From: an uncultured Alphaproteobacteria bacterium
Lineage (GTDB): Bacteria > Pseudomonadota > Alphaproteobacteria > Micavibrionales > Micavibrionaceae
Assembly (NCBI GenBank): GCA_963710165.1
Contig: CAVPYZ010000005.1
Location: 153,447 to 217,446, forward strand
Length of the DNA: 64,000 nt
Reading direction: 5' to 3'
Shown: piece by piece, positions 19,027 to 28,242 of the stretch
How the letters are laid out: each line of letters starts with the position of its first letter
Position numbering within the stretch: position 1 is the first letter of the stretch
Position numbers and translations under genes: made by a program
The notes under the pieces: model-generated
Databases searched by the model: none
Seen by the model: only the letters and a program-made list of their open reading frames with translations
What the model was told of the DNA's origin: nothing

Positions 19027-19288
19027 AACTTTTTCCCTTATCAATATGTTATCCGTTTAAAGAGATACGATTAGATAACATAATCAGTTCCTCATTTATA
19101 TATTATTTTTTCTTTTCCTTCAGCCGCTCGTAGCGCCGTTGGGCGTTTTAGAGTGTTTGAATGTTAGGAAATTTAAAGATTTATAACCCACTTCACAATA
19201 AAAAAAAAGGAAAAAGATGATTTATAAATCATCTTCGTTATAAAGCGAAATATAGACAAGATGATCTTGCAATTGCTACCTTGCTTTT

Positions 19289-20080
19289 GTGAAATATTTT
19301 CAAATTCTTTCTATTTTATGTGTGTTTTATTTTTTGCATCAATCACCAGCATATGCGCGTGATAATCTTTGTGCATCGCTAGCTTTGAACTTGCCGGATC
19401 TGGAAATTATCAATGCCGAAAATAGCATAACCTATAATTTCAATTACACACGCAAACAGCTGACCCAGCTACAAAAGGGTGATTTGTCTGCTCGGTTAGA
19501 ACAGAGCGCGCCTTATTATATGTTATCTGATTTATACCTGACCGGAAGTAATTTGGGGCTGACTGTGGGGGTCTATAAATACCAGCTTCTTATCTTACCG
19601 GATTTAAAGCGTGTCGGGGCAGAGGGCAGGCATTTTTGCCCGCACATTAAAAAAGTTGTGATCAGATTTATCTATGAATCAACAATTTTTGTCGCCAAGG
19701 AATATCCGGTAAATGGATGCGGCTTTAATAAAATCATGGAACATGAAATAGGGCATCATAATGTGTATGTCAGGAATAAGAAAAAATATCTAGGATGGTT
19801 ACAAAATGATTTGCAGGCGATTACAAACCAGATTGTAAAAAAATACCCGCCGGTTAAAGAAGATCAAGTAGAAAAACGCTTTAAACGCCTGCGTTACGAT
19901 CTGGAAGATGCCATCGATGCCTACATATTCCGTATGCAGCTTGATGCAAATAGGTATAACCAGAAACTGGATACGCCGTCAGAATATCTGAAAATGAACC
20001 GCGCTGTTAAGCGCTGTTATGAGGAATCAGAGCGTTTAAAGCAACAAGCCAAAAATAAGCAACGCGTTATTAACGAATAA
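19289..20080 (+). CDS. secreted HExxH metalloprotease-like protein (reminiscent of DUF922/COG5661)
   Basis: It has a GTG start, signal peptide MKYFQILSILCVFYFLHQSPAYA and zinc motif MEHEIGHH. The gene is AT-rich. Confidence 0.5.
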   Translation: MKYFQILSILCVFYFLHQSPAYARDNLCASLALNLPDLEIINAENSITYNFNYTRKQLTQLQKGDLSARLEQSAPYYMLSDLYLTGSNLGLTVGVYKYQLLILPDLKRVGAEGRHFCPHIKKVVIRFIYESTIFVAKEYPVNGCGFNKIMEHEIGHHNVYVRNKKKYLGWLQNDLQAITNQIVKKYPPVKEDQVEKRFKRLRYDLEDAIDAYIFRMQLDANRYNQKLDTPSEYLKMNRAVKRCYEESERLKQQAKNKQRVINE

Positions 20081-21485
20081 CAATCTGGTTTACTTGTCCG
20101 CGCCTGTTAATCAGGATACGCCAACCACGCCCTTGTCTCTGGGCATCTTCGATTTCGTCATCAAGGTCTTTCATATCTTTAATTTTGTCACCATTAATCT
20201 CCAGAATAATGTCACCGATGGCAAGTGTGCGCATAAATCCACGTGCCGCAGATATATTCGTCACAACAACGCCGTTTTCTTCGCTCAGCTGTAATTCATG
20301 ATTAACGGCCGGATTAATCTGGGACACCTCTAGCCCGTTTAACGGATGATTGCCTTGCAGAATTGTTGCCATGCGCGGCGGATCCTCGGGCGGTGCCATG
20401 GCGACAATGGCAAAAATTTCCGTCATTCCTTCTCGCAGGACGGAGAGATCGGCCTTTTGACCCAAAGGAACTGTCGCCATTCGAAAGCGTAATTCTGCCG
20501 GATCGCGCACATCTTTACGATTGATAGCGGTAATAATGTCGCCAATTCCAATCCCGACCTTTCGAAGTGGGCTGGCGGAATGGAGTTCTGTAATAAGCGC
20601 GCCGCTGGGTGTGCTGAGTCCGAAACTATTTGCCAGATCGGATGTGATGGTCTGGAAGCTAGCCCCCAGCCATGGGCGCATAATACCGTCCTCGCCCATT
20701 TGGCCCATTTCTGCCGCCGCCAGAACGCTATTCACCATCTCTGACGGAATGGCAAAACCAATACCCAGCGACCCGCCGGAGCGTGAATAAATCGCCGTAT
20801 TGATGCCAATAACGCCGCCATCCATACTGACTAACGGCCCGCCGGAATTCCCGGGATTAATCGCGGCATCTGTTTGAATAAAGAAATTATAATCATTGAT
20901 ATTCATTGCGGAGCGGGCAAGGGCGGAGACAATACCGCTGGTCACAGTCTGACCAACACCAAACGGGTTTCCAATCGCCAGAACCAGATCACCCACTTCC
21001 AAAGCTTCCGACGGACGGAGCGGTGCGTAGGGCAGGGCGCTGACATCATCTGTCACGCGAAGAACCGCTAAATCAGTACGCTTATCACTTAAGGTTAGGG
21101 TGGCATTCAACTCACGTCCGTCAGATAGCCCGATGATAATCTCATCAGCCCCCTCAATCACATGCGCGTTTGTCACCACAATCCCTTTCGGATCAACAAT
21201 AACACCCGACCCAAGAGAGCTTTGTACGCGCTCCCGCGAAAATCCACCGCGTGATTGCCCGAAAAACGGTGCGAAGAACGGATCATTCATAAAGGGATGC
21301 ACACGCTGCTGTATGACACGCTTGGTATAAATATTAACCACCGCCGGCGCGACTTTTTTCACCACAGGGGCATAGGACAGCTTGATTTGCTGTTGAGAGG
21401 AGGGCACATTCATATCCTGCGCCTTCACCTGAAATGACAGGGCGCTGGTAAAGGTGACCAGTAATATAAATATTGCTCTAACCAT
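20070..21485 (-). CDS. Do/HtrA-family periplasmic serine protease with two PDZ domains
   Basis: It has a signal peptide and a catalytic triad context of HVIEGAD, TDLAVLRV and GNSGGPLV. Confidence 0.92.
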   Translation of the reverse strand: MVRAIFILLVTFTSALSFQVKAQDMNVPSSQQQIKLSYAPVVKKVAPAVVNIYTKRVIQQRVHPFMNDPFFAPFFGQSRGGFSRERVQSSLGSGVIVDPKGIVVTNAHVIEGADEIIIGLSDGRELNATLTLSDKRTDLAVLRVTDDVSALPYAPLRPSEALEVGDLVLAIGNPFGVGQTVTSGIVSALARSAMNINDYNFFIQTDAAINPGNSGGPLVSMDGGVIGINTAIYSRSGGSLGIGFAIPSEMVNSVLAAAEMGQMGEDGIMRPWLGASFQTITSDLANSFGLSTPSGALITELHSASPLRKVGIGIGDIITAINRKDVRDPAELRFRMATVPLGQKADLSVLREGMTEIFAIVAMAPPEDPPRMATILQGNHPLNGLEVSQINPAVNHELQLSEENGVVVTNISAARGFMRTLAIGDIILEINGDKIKDMKDLDDEIEDAQRQGRGWRILINRRGQVNQIVIR

Positions 21486-21528
21486 GATGTATAATTTAAA
21501 AGAGTTCGCAAATATCTCAAGGTATAAA

Positions 21529-22323
21529 ATGACAATAACTATTCACGATTTGAAAAAACATAAAAATTCGCAAGAGCCTCTGGTATGTCTCACGGCTTAT
21601 ACATATCCCATGGCGAGGCTGATGGCGCCTATTGTTGATCTGATATTGGTCGGGGATAGTTTAGGAAATGTTATTTATGGATATGAGGACACAACAAGAG
21701 TAACATTCGATCAAATGATCACGCATGGTGATGCGGTTGTACGAGGGGCAGGTAATCAATGTATAACAGTTGTGGATATGTCTTATGGCACCTATGAAGA
21801 AAGCGATGAGCAAGCGCTTGAAAATGCCAAACGTATTATAGCGGAAACAGGATGTGATGCTGTGAAATTAGAAGGGGGCGTATCTATGGCATCGCGTATT
21901 AAAGTTATTGTTGACCATGGCATTCCTGTTATGGGTCATATCGGATTATTGCCCCAATCTGCACCGGCTGAGGGCGGCTATAAAATCAAAGGTAAAACGC
22001 AAGAACAAATTGATCTTTTAAAGAAAGATGCAACGGCTATCGAACAGGCAGGCGCCTTCGCTATTGTGATAGAAGGCACGATTGAAAATGCCGCAACAGA
22101 GATAACACATCTGATCTCTATACCCACAATAGGCATCGGCGCATCTGTTCATTGTGATGGTCAGATTCTGGTTACTGATGATCTGTTGGGGGTAAGCGGG
22201 GAGCGCGTGCCAAAATTTGTAAAGAAATACGCTGAATTATATCTGAACATAAAAGAAGCAATCTCGACATATAAAAAAGAGGTAAAAAGCCGATCTTTTC
22301 CAACAGATGAATATACCTATTAA
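21529..22323 (+). CDS. panB: 3-methyl-2-oxobutanoate hydroxymethyltransferase
   Basis: It has LTAYTYPMA, VGDSLGNV and LEGG. The ATG at 21529 is preferred over 21454. Confidence 0.93.
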   Translation: MTITIHDLKKHKNSQEPLVCLTAYTYPMARLMAPIVDLILVGDSLGNVIYGYEDTTRVTFDQMITHGDAVVRGAGNQCITVVDMSYGTYEESDEQALENAKRIIAETGCDAVKLEGGVSMASRIKVIVDHGIPVMGHIGLLPQSAPAEGGYKIKGKTQEQIDLLKKDATAIEQAGAFAIVIEGTIENAATEITHLISIPTIGIGASVHCDGQILVTDDLLGVSGERVPKFVKKYAELYLNIKEAISTYKKEVKSRSFPTDEYTY

Positions 22324-22324
22324 T

Positions 22325-23185
22325 ATGATACAGATAATCAAAAATATAAGAGATCTTCGTGCGCAGGTTTCCCTATGGCGTAAGTCAGATCAAAAAATTG
22401 CTCTCGTGCCGACTATGGGCGCTCTACATAACGGTCATTTATCGCTCGTACGGCTTGCCAGGCAACATGCCGATAGAGTGATTGTTAGTATCTTCGTCAA
22501 CCCAACACAGTTTAATGAAGCCTCAGATTTTGATCATTATCCAAGAGATGAACAAAAGGACATTTCTTTATTAAAAGAAGAGGGCGCAGATATTATATTT
22601 ATGCCGACAGTTGATGTTATGTATCCGCAGCCGTTTTTGACAACCGTAACCGTCAGTCAGGTAACTGAGGACATGGAGGGTAGTTTTCGTGATAAACACT
22701 ATGACGGTGTCGCAACCGTAGTTACGAAGCTCTTTCTTCAATGTCTTCCTGATATAGCCATATTAGGCGAAAAAGACTTTCAACAGGTGTGCGTTATTAA
22801 AAATATGGTTCGCAATCTGGATATTCCCGTTGAGGTGATCGGCGCACCGATTATACGTGATGAGGGAGGGCTGGCGCTGTCTTCCCGTAATGTTTTCTTA
22901 TCCGCAGAAGGTTTGGAAAAAGCACGTCATTTAAATAAAGTTCTTTTCCAGCTTGCAACTGATCTCGAAAACAAAACTTTGACATTTCAAGACGTGGAGA
23001 ATGTTGGAACGCAGCTTCTAAAAGATGTGCAGCTGAGCGATATCGACTATCTTGAATTAAGAACAGCAGATCTTTTAGAAAAAGTAACAGAAAAGAATAA
23101 ACACAAAAATTTGAGGCTTCTTGCGGTGGTTCGCGTTGATAATATTCGTCTTCTCGATAATGTCGCTGTTGCGGGGCTAAGTTAA
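22325..23185 (+). CDS. panC: pantoate--beta-alanine ligase
   Basis: It has PTMGALHNGHLSLV. The ATG lies 1 nt after the panB stop; an alternative ATG is at 22307. Confidence 0.93.
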   Translation: MIQIIKNIRDLRAQVSLWRKSDQKIALVPTMGALHNGHLSLVRLARQHADRVIVSIFVNPTQFNEASDFDHYPRDEQKDISLLKEEGADIIFMPTVDVMYPQPFLTTVTVSQVTEDMEGSFRDKHYDGVATVVTKLFLQCLPDIAILGEKDFQQVCVIKNMVRNLDIPVEVIGAPIIRDEGGLALSSRNVFLSAEGLEKARHLNKVLFQLATDLENKTLTFQDVENVGTQLLKDVQLSDIDYLELRTADLLEKVTEKNKHKNLRLLAVVRVDNIRLLDNVAVAGLS

Positions 23186-23264
23186 CAACGCTGGTTTCAT
23201 TAAAAGATGATATCTGTTTTTCCTTTATTTCCGCAAAATGCTATGATACATAATTGACTTCTTT

Positions 23265-23340
23265 AGGGGTATAGCTCAGCTGGTAGAGCGACGGTCTCCA
23301 AAACCGTAGGTCCCGGGTTCGAACCCTGGTGCCCCTGCCA
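23265..23340 (+). tRNA. trnW: tRNA-Trp (anticodon CCA)
   Basis: I folded a 76-nt cloverleaf by hand: acceptor AGGGGTA/TGCCCCT, D-arm GCTC/GAGC, anticodon stem ACGGT/ACCGT with loop CTCCAAA, T-arm CCGGG-TTCGAAC-CCTGG. The 3' CCA is encoded. Confidence 0.96.
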
Positions 23341-23423
23341 ATTAAATAATAACCAATGTAATTTTGTCTTTATTAAATTTTTTTTATATGTATTCCTAGT
23401 GAAGAAACAAATTTAAGGTTTTT

Positions 23424-24497
23424 ATGTCCCTGCTTATTTTTTACTTATTGCTCGCGCTTGTCGTTTCGTTTTTCTGTTCGATATCTGAGGCCGTACTTCT
23501 TTCTGTTAGGACGTCTTACATTGCGTCGCTTGATCAGATGAAGTCCTCTACAAAAACCCTGAGAAAAGTGACAGGTAATCTTGATCAGCCTTTGGCGGCT
23601 ATTTTAACGGCCAATACCATTGCGCATACTGTCGGCGCGGCGGGAGTTGGGGCGCAGTCAGCTGTTGTATTCGGAAACGAGTATCTGGGCATCACCTCGG
23701 GCGTTTTAACGTTACTGGTTCTTGTTTTTAGTGAGATTATTCCCAAAACGATTGGCGCGGTATATTGGCAACAGCTTGCCCCCACATTCGGGATTTTGAT
23801 CAACTGGCTGACAATCTCGCTTTATCCGTTTGTATGGTGTTCCGAGAAATTGACAAAGCTGATGTCCAAATCTGGCAAAAACGCGTTCACATATAGCCGT
23901 GACGAAGTCGAAGCCATGGTCGAGATTGGTAAGGATGAGGGCGTGTTGGATCAGAATGAACATTTGATTGTTTCGAACCTGATGAAACTCAAACAGCTTC
24001 CTATTCGAAATATTATGACACCGAAACCGGTTATTTTTTCAGTTTCTGAAGAGATGACAGTGAAAGACTTTTTTACAAAGCATTCTGAAACGCCGTTTTC
24101 GCGTATTCCTGTTTTCAAAAAAAATACGGATAATATCGATAGTTATGTTTTGAAAACTGACTTGCTAATCGCACAAGCCAAAGACGAGTTCGAGAGAAAG
24201 CTGAGCGACTTTCGCCGTGATTTCCCTATGCTGAAAGATGATATCAGTACGGCAAAAGCATATGATGACTTAATGCAAAGCAAGAGCCATATTGCGATGG
24301 TTGTTGATGAATACGGCACGATACAGGGCCTTGTTACACAAGAAGATGTTGTGGAAACACTCATCGGGCTAGAGATTACGGACGAGCTGGATAAAGTTGA
24401 AGATATGCAAGTCATTGCCCATAAAAAGTGGAAGCAACGTATGGAAGCCATTGGTATTGATACCGCAATTCTTGAAAACGAGAAAAAGACGGCTTAA
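23424..24497 (+). CDS. CNNM/DUF21 transmembrane protein with CBS pair (hemolysin/CorC-like family)
   Basis: 357 aa with four N-terminal TM helices and a CBS-pair region. The CorC_HlyC tail is not evident. Confidence 0.85.
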   Translation: MSLLIFYLLLALVVSFFCSISEAVLLSVRTSYIASLDQMKSSTKTLRKVTGNLDQPLAAILTANTIAHTVGAAGVGAQSAVVFGNEYLGITSGVLTLLVLVFSEIIPKTIGAVYWQQLAPTFGILINWLTISLYPFVWCSEKLTKLMSKSGKNAFTYSRDEVEAMVEIGKDEGVLDQNEHLIVSNLMKLKQLPIRNIMTPKPVIFSVSEEMTVKDFFTKHSETPFSRIPVFKKNTDNIDSYVLKTDLLIAQAKDEFERKLSDFRRDFPMLKDDISTAKAYDDLMQSKSHIAMVVDEYGTIQGLVTQEDVVETLIGLEITDELDKVEDMQVIAHKKWKQRMEAIGIDTAILENEKKTA

Positions 24498-24545
24498 GCG
24501 TAGCGATACTCGCACGCTAAAAATCCTGTCATTATATTCAACTTT

Positions 24546-25868
24546 TTATGCCAGCAATCTTAAAACAGAGGGCTCGATAAAGCTTAGGACCCTAATTTGA
24601 ATTGATTGACGGGTTTGGAGTGCGAGGAGTTCTGCACCCGCTTCGTTTTGATCGACGAGGATGAGGTCGTCGCTACCTGATGCCAGATTATTGATAGTGG
24701 TACGGGTAAAATTATTGCGGGTTTCCAATGTTGAAAAATCACTGGTCAGGCTTCTTGAATATTCCCTTAAATCCTCTCGTGCTTCGCGGATTTGGGTGAT
24801 TTTTGTTTCGATAGCTTCGACAGATGTAAAATCTTCACGTACCAGCCCAAGACCCTCACTTGTGGCGTCAATGCCTCCCGTTATCAAGCTACTGGTTCTG
24901 TCCGCATTGAAAAATGTTTCAAGATTTTCGTCTTTTAACAGGTTAATCCCTCGATAGCTTGCATCAACGCTGAGGCGGTCTATCTGATCGAGAATTTTAC
25001 TATATTCGTTTTCGTTATCATCAAAAAACTGTTTTGCCTCTGCCGTAAAATCCGGAAAACCCAGCTGGATATTACGATAACTGCCGTCACCATCATCGGG
25101 GTCTCCGTCGGTCATGTCATCATCATTAATAAAAACCAGATGGCTGAATGTGCCCGTAAATAATTCACCAACAGGAATAGAAACTTTCACAAAATCACCG
25201 GAGCCATCATATTCATAGGTCGGCGTCGGAACTGCATAGGAGATTCCGCCCAATTGCTCTCCATACAGAAAGAAAAAGTTACTATTATTGGAGAAGGAAT
25301 TATCATTATCAAATCCGATGGCATTAATTTCCGGAATTTTGGAACTTTGAAATTCAAATTCAAGAACGGTTTCTTCGGTGATATCAATATCGACCTGAAA
25401 CCGTCGCCATGAATTATTGTCCAGCGTAAAGCCGCCCGGAAAGAAAGTGGCAGGAAAGCCGTCATCTTGCGATCCGGCATACTGGGTCAGGTCGGCATTA
25501 CTATTAATTTCGAGGGGTTCAACCAGTTGCTTTTCGTATTTTTCACCGCCTGCGATCAGCTCTTCCTGATAATTAATTAGAAAAGCCTCTGCAGTATCGA
25601 GAATGTTAAAAGTTGCGTCCAGGCCATTTTGGGCTTCTTCAATCGTGCGAAGGCTTTGGTTGATACCGTCCAGTAAACGACGGAGATCATTGGCGCGGTT
25701 TTCAAGAAAGCGGGAGGCAAAGAAGTTTTGAGGATTATCAATGGCGGAATTCACGTCTTTACCCGTCGCCAGCTCTAGCTGTACTTTATCCAAGCTGCGC
25801 GCGGTGCTTTTCAAAGCAGTCAACTGCCTTTGTTGCACAGATGTGAGTATGTTTTCTACATTCGCCAT
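24546..25868 (-). CDS. flagellin-like protein with a non-canonical central domain
   Basis: The N-terminus TGKDVNSAIDNPQNFFASRFLENRANDL and C-terminus NEAGAELLALQTRQSIQIRVLSF...VLRLLA match the alphaproteobacterial flagellin type (SALDNPTNFF... / LLALQTRQ...LRL) as I recall it. Confidence 0.7.
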   Translation of the reverse strand: MANVENILTSVQQRQLTALKSTARSLDKVQLELATGKDVNSAIDNPQNFFASRFLENRANDLRRLLDGINQSLRTIEEAQNGLDATFNILDTAEAFLINYQEELIAGGEKYEKQLVEPLEINSNADLTQYAGSQDDGFPATFFPGGFTLDNNSWRRFQVDIDITEETVLEFEFQSSKIPEINAIGFDNDNSFSNNSNFFFLYGEQLGGISYAVPTPTYEYDGSGDFVKVSIPVGELFTGTFSHLVFINDDDMTDGDPDDGDGSYRNIQLGFPDFTAEAKQFFDDNENEYSKILDQIDRLSVDASYRGINLLKDENLETFFNADRTSSLITGGIDATSEGLGLVREDFTSVEAIETKITQIREAREDLREYSRSLTSDFSTLETRNNFTRTTINNLASGSDDLILVDQNEAGAELLALQTRQSIQIRVLSFIEPSVLRLLA

Positions 25869-26344
25869 TCACAGAATTCTTCTGATTGGTTTTTACAAAC
25901 ACTATTGTAAGTCACAAATATTAACGAATTAGTAAGAAAATAGCTAGGAACGTTTAAAGGGGCGTGATTAAATTATTTTTGCGTTGCAACAAAAAAGGGG
26001 TTGCAAAAATAGTTTGAGTCTGGCTTTATAGAAAACTCGATTATTTAATGGAATTGAAATGAACAATTATTTGAACTTACATAGGCTGGTAGCGACGCTG
26101 AAAAGCGTGCGTGTTGCCGTGCGTAAAATTGTGAGCGCTGTTGTTCTTCCGGCGAATAACGGACCCATTTTTACTGCCGACACCCCAAATCCGCTTTATG
26201 CGTCCGGGCTGATAAGAATTCAAGGCTGTCACTAGAGACCCTCTCTTTTTGTCAGCCTGTATGAGGGCTGACAAACATCGTTATATTATTAAATATCAAT
26301 ATGTTGTTTGCCTTCTTTAAATTAGGTTTAGAAGGAAATAAGTT

Positions 26345-28198
26345 ATGTTTAAAATGATAAAAAATAAAATTATGCGTCTTGATGATAAATTGCACATCGA
26401 GATCGATCAGATGCCACCAGAGGGATTAGATAATCTGCCAACAAAGTTATGGCCGTTTATCTGGTTCTTTGCAAGACAGGTCAAGGTGCCGCTATATGCC
26501 ATTGCGATAACCGAAGGTATTTTCGCATTAATGATTTCCGTCATGTTTTGGTATGTCGGGGAGCTTGTAGCACAAGAAGAATACACCGCAGCCATGTTAT
26601 GGCTTGGTGCGGCAATACTTGCGGTGCGTTTGGTGATAGGCACACTTTCAGAAGTGTTTTATCACTTGGTTTTTATTCCATATGTTGGGAACTTGATACG
26701 GCGTCAGCTTTATTGGTATACATCGGGACAGTCATTGGCATTTTTTCAAAATGACTTTGCCGGACGGATTGCCAATAAGTTGATACAATCTGCTCCGGCT
26801 TTGCGTGATGCTCTAAAGGCAACAATTGGCGCGGTGTGGTTTGCGGCGATCTTTACGATCAGTAATTTGTTCTTCCTGTATAGCGTCAGCTTTTGGTTGG
26901 CCTTGCCGTTGACAATCTGGCTTATAGGATATGCCTCTGTGCTGTGGTTTTTTGTCCCTAAGGTTCAAAAACGCGCGGCAGAACATTCCGAAGATATGAG
27001 CACGCTGACAGGGCAAATTGTCGATACATTTACGAATGCATTGCCAATCAAATACTTCGCACGTGCCAAGCATGAAGATAAACGCGTCGTAGGCTTACTC
27101 AAAAACCACAGCTTCAGTTTGCGTAAGCTGACAGGAACAATCTGGCAGATGACACTGGTGATAGATATCATGAATACCGCGTTGTTAATTGCAACGGCTT
27201 ATGTCGGGTATATCTTGATCGAAACGCAGGGTCAGGCAGGCTTGGCGGCGGTCGCAATGGCCTTACCAATGGTGTTACAGGCAACGTTTCAATCTGGATG
27301 GATCATGTACGAGGTTTCAGGCATTTTTGAAAACCTCGGCCGTGTTCAGGAAGGAATGGAGGTTCTAACGCGTAAGCATGATGTCACCGATAAAAAAGAT
27401 GCGAAGGATTTGACTGTTACTCAGGATAATTCAAGCATTGAGTTTAAAGATGTCACATTCAACTACGGACGTGACGAGGCAGCAATTTCTGTTTTCAAGA
27501 ATTTTAATTTGGAAATTCCGGCGGGACAGAAAGTTGGCTTGGTCGGTCGAAGTGGTGCAGGTAAATCCACGATTACCAACTTGCTTGTGCGTGCTTATGA
27601 TGTGAGGGATGGCGCCATTCTAATTGGTGGTGAAGACATCTCTGACGTTCGGCAGGAAACGTTACGGCGAAACATCACGATTGTGACGCAGGACAGTTAT
27701 CTGTTTCATCGTTCAATCTTTGATAACGTCCGCTACGGTAAACCGGACGCGGATGACGAGGAATTGTTTGAAGCGGCGAAACGTGCAAGTGCCCATGACT
27801 TTATTCTTGATCTTGAGGATAATAAAGGGCGGCAAGGTTATCTTGCGCATGTCGGTGAGCGCGGCGTCAAGCTGTCCGGAGGTCAGAAACAACGTGTTGG
27901 TATTGCAAGAGCAATCCTGAAAGATGCGCCAATTCTGATCCTTGATGAAGCGACATCTGCTTTGGATAGCGAAAGTGAACACGCCATTCAAACAGCGTTG
28001 GAAGGCATTATGGAGGATAAAACCGTGATTGCGGTTGCCCACCGTCTTTCAACATTGCGTCAGATGGACCGTATTCTGGTGATGGAAGCAGGGGAGATTA
28101 TCGAAGACGGAACGCATGATGAACTGATTGCAATGAAAGACGGGCATTATGCCAAGCTTTGGAAAATGCAGTCCGGCGGCTTTTTAAGATCCGACTAA
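26345..28198 (+). CDS. ABC exporter, fused permease/ATPase (MsbA-like half transporter)
   Basis: 617 aa with about six TM helices, then GRSGAGKST, LSGGQKQRVGIARA and ILILDEATSALD. Confidence 0.9.
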   Translation: MFKMIKNKIMRLDDKLHIEIDQMPPEGLDNLPTKLWPFIWFFARQVKVPLYAIAITEGIFALMISVMFWYVGELVAQEEYTAAMLWLGAAILAVRLVIGTLSEVFYHLVFIPYVGNLIRRQLYWYTSGQSLAFFQNDFAGRIANKLIQSAPALRDALKATIGAVWFAAIFTISNLFFLYSVSFWLALPLTIWLIGYASVLWFFVPKVQKRAAEHSEDMSTLTGQIVDTFTNALPIKYFARAKHEDKRVVGLLKNHSFSLRKLTGTIWQMTLVIDIMNTALLIATAYVGYILIETQGQAGLAAVAMALPMVLQATFQSGWIMYEVSGIFENLGRVQEGMEVLTRKHDVTDKKDAKDLTVTQDNSSIEFKDVTFNYGRDEAAISVFKNFNLEIPAGQKVGLVGRSGAGKSTITNLLVRAYDVRDGAILIGGEDISDVRQETLRRNITIVTQDSYLFHRSIFDNVRYGKPDADDEELFEAAKRASAHDFILDLEDNKGRQGYLAHVGERGVKLSGGQKQRVGIARAILKDAPILILDEATSALDSESEHAIQTALEGIMEDKTVIAVAHRLSTLRQMDRILVMEAGEIIEDGTHDELIAMKDGHYAKLWKMQSGGFLRSD

Positions 28199-28219
28199 TA
28201 ACGAAGAGAAAAGAGCAGG

Positions 28220-28242
28220 GAGCAAGCCTCTTGCTCTTTTTT
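28220..28242 (+). terminator. rho-independent terminator after the ABC exporter gene
   Basis: It reads GAGCAAG-CCT-CTTGCTC followed by TTTTTT. Confidence 0.8.

Noticed and set aside
19066-19091. GGAAC-N17-CGTA on the minus strand upstream of secE, a near EcfG motif.
   Set aside because: The -10 element has a mismatch (CGTA rather than CGTT), and a housekeeping secE-nusG operon is an implausible general-stress target. It is likely a chance match.
25869-26058. Sigma-54, sigma-28 or CtrA-box promoter elements upstream of the flagellin-like gene.
   Set aside because: No GG-N10-GC spacing fits sigma-54. The best sigma-28-like match is poor in the -10 half. The only CtrA-like site is TTAA-N7-GTAA, with a mismatch. 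None is good enough to call.
26077-26274. The tracked 65-aa minus-strand ORF in the flagellin/ABC intergenic region.
   Set aside because: It has a TTG start inside a hairpin arm, a highly basic featureless sequence, and overlaps an equally plausible plus-strand ORF. I kept it only as part of the intergenic-region finding, not as a gene.
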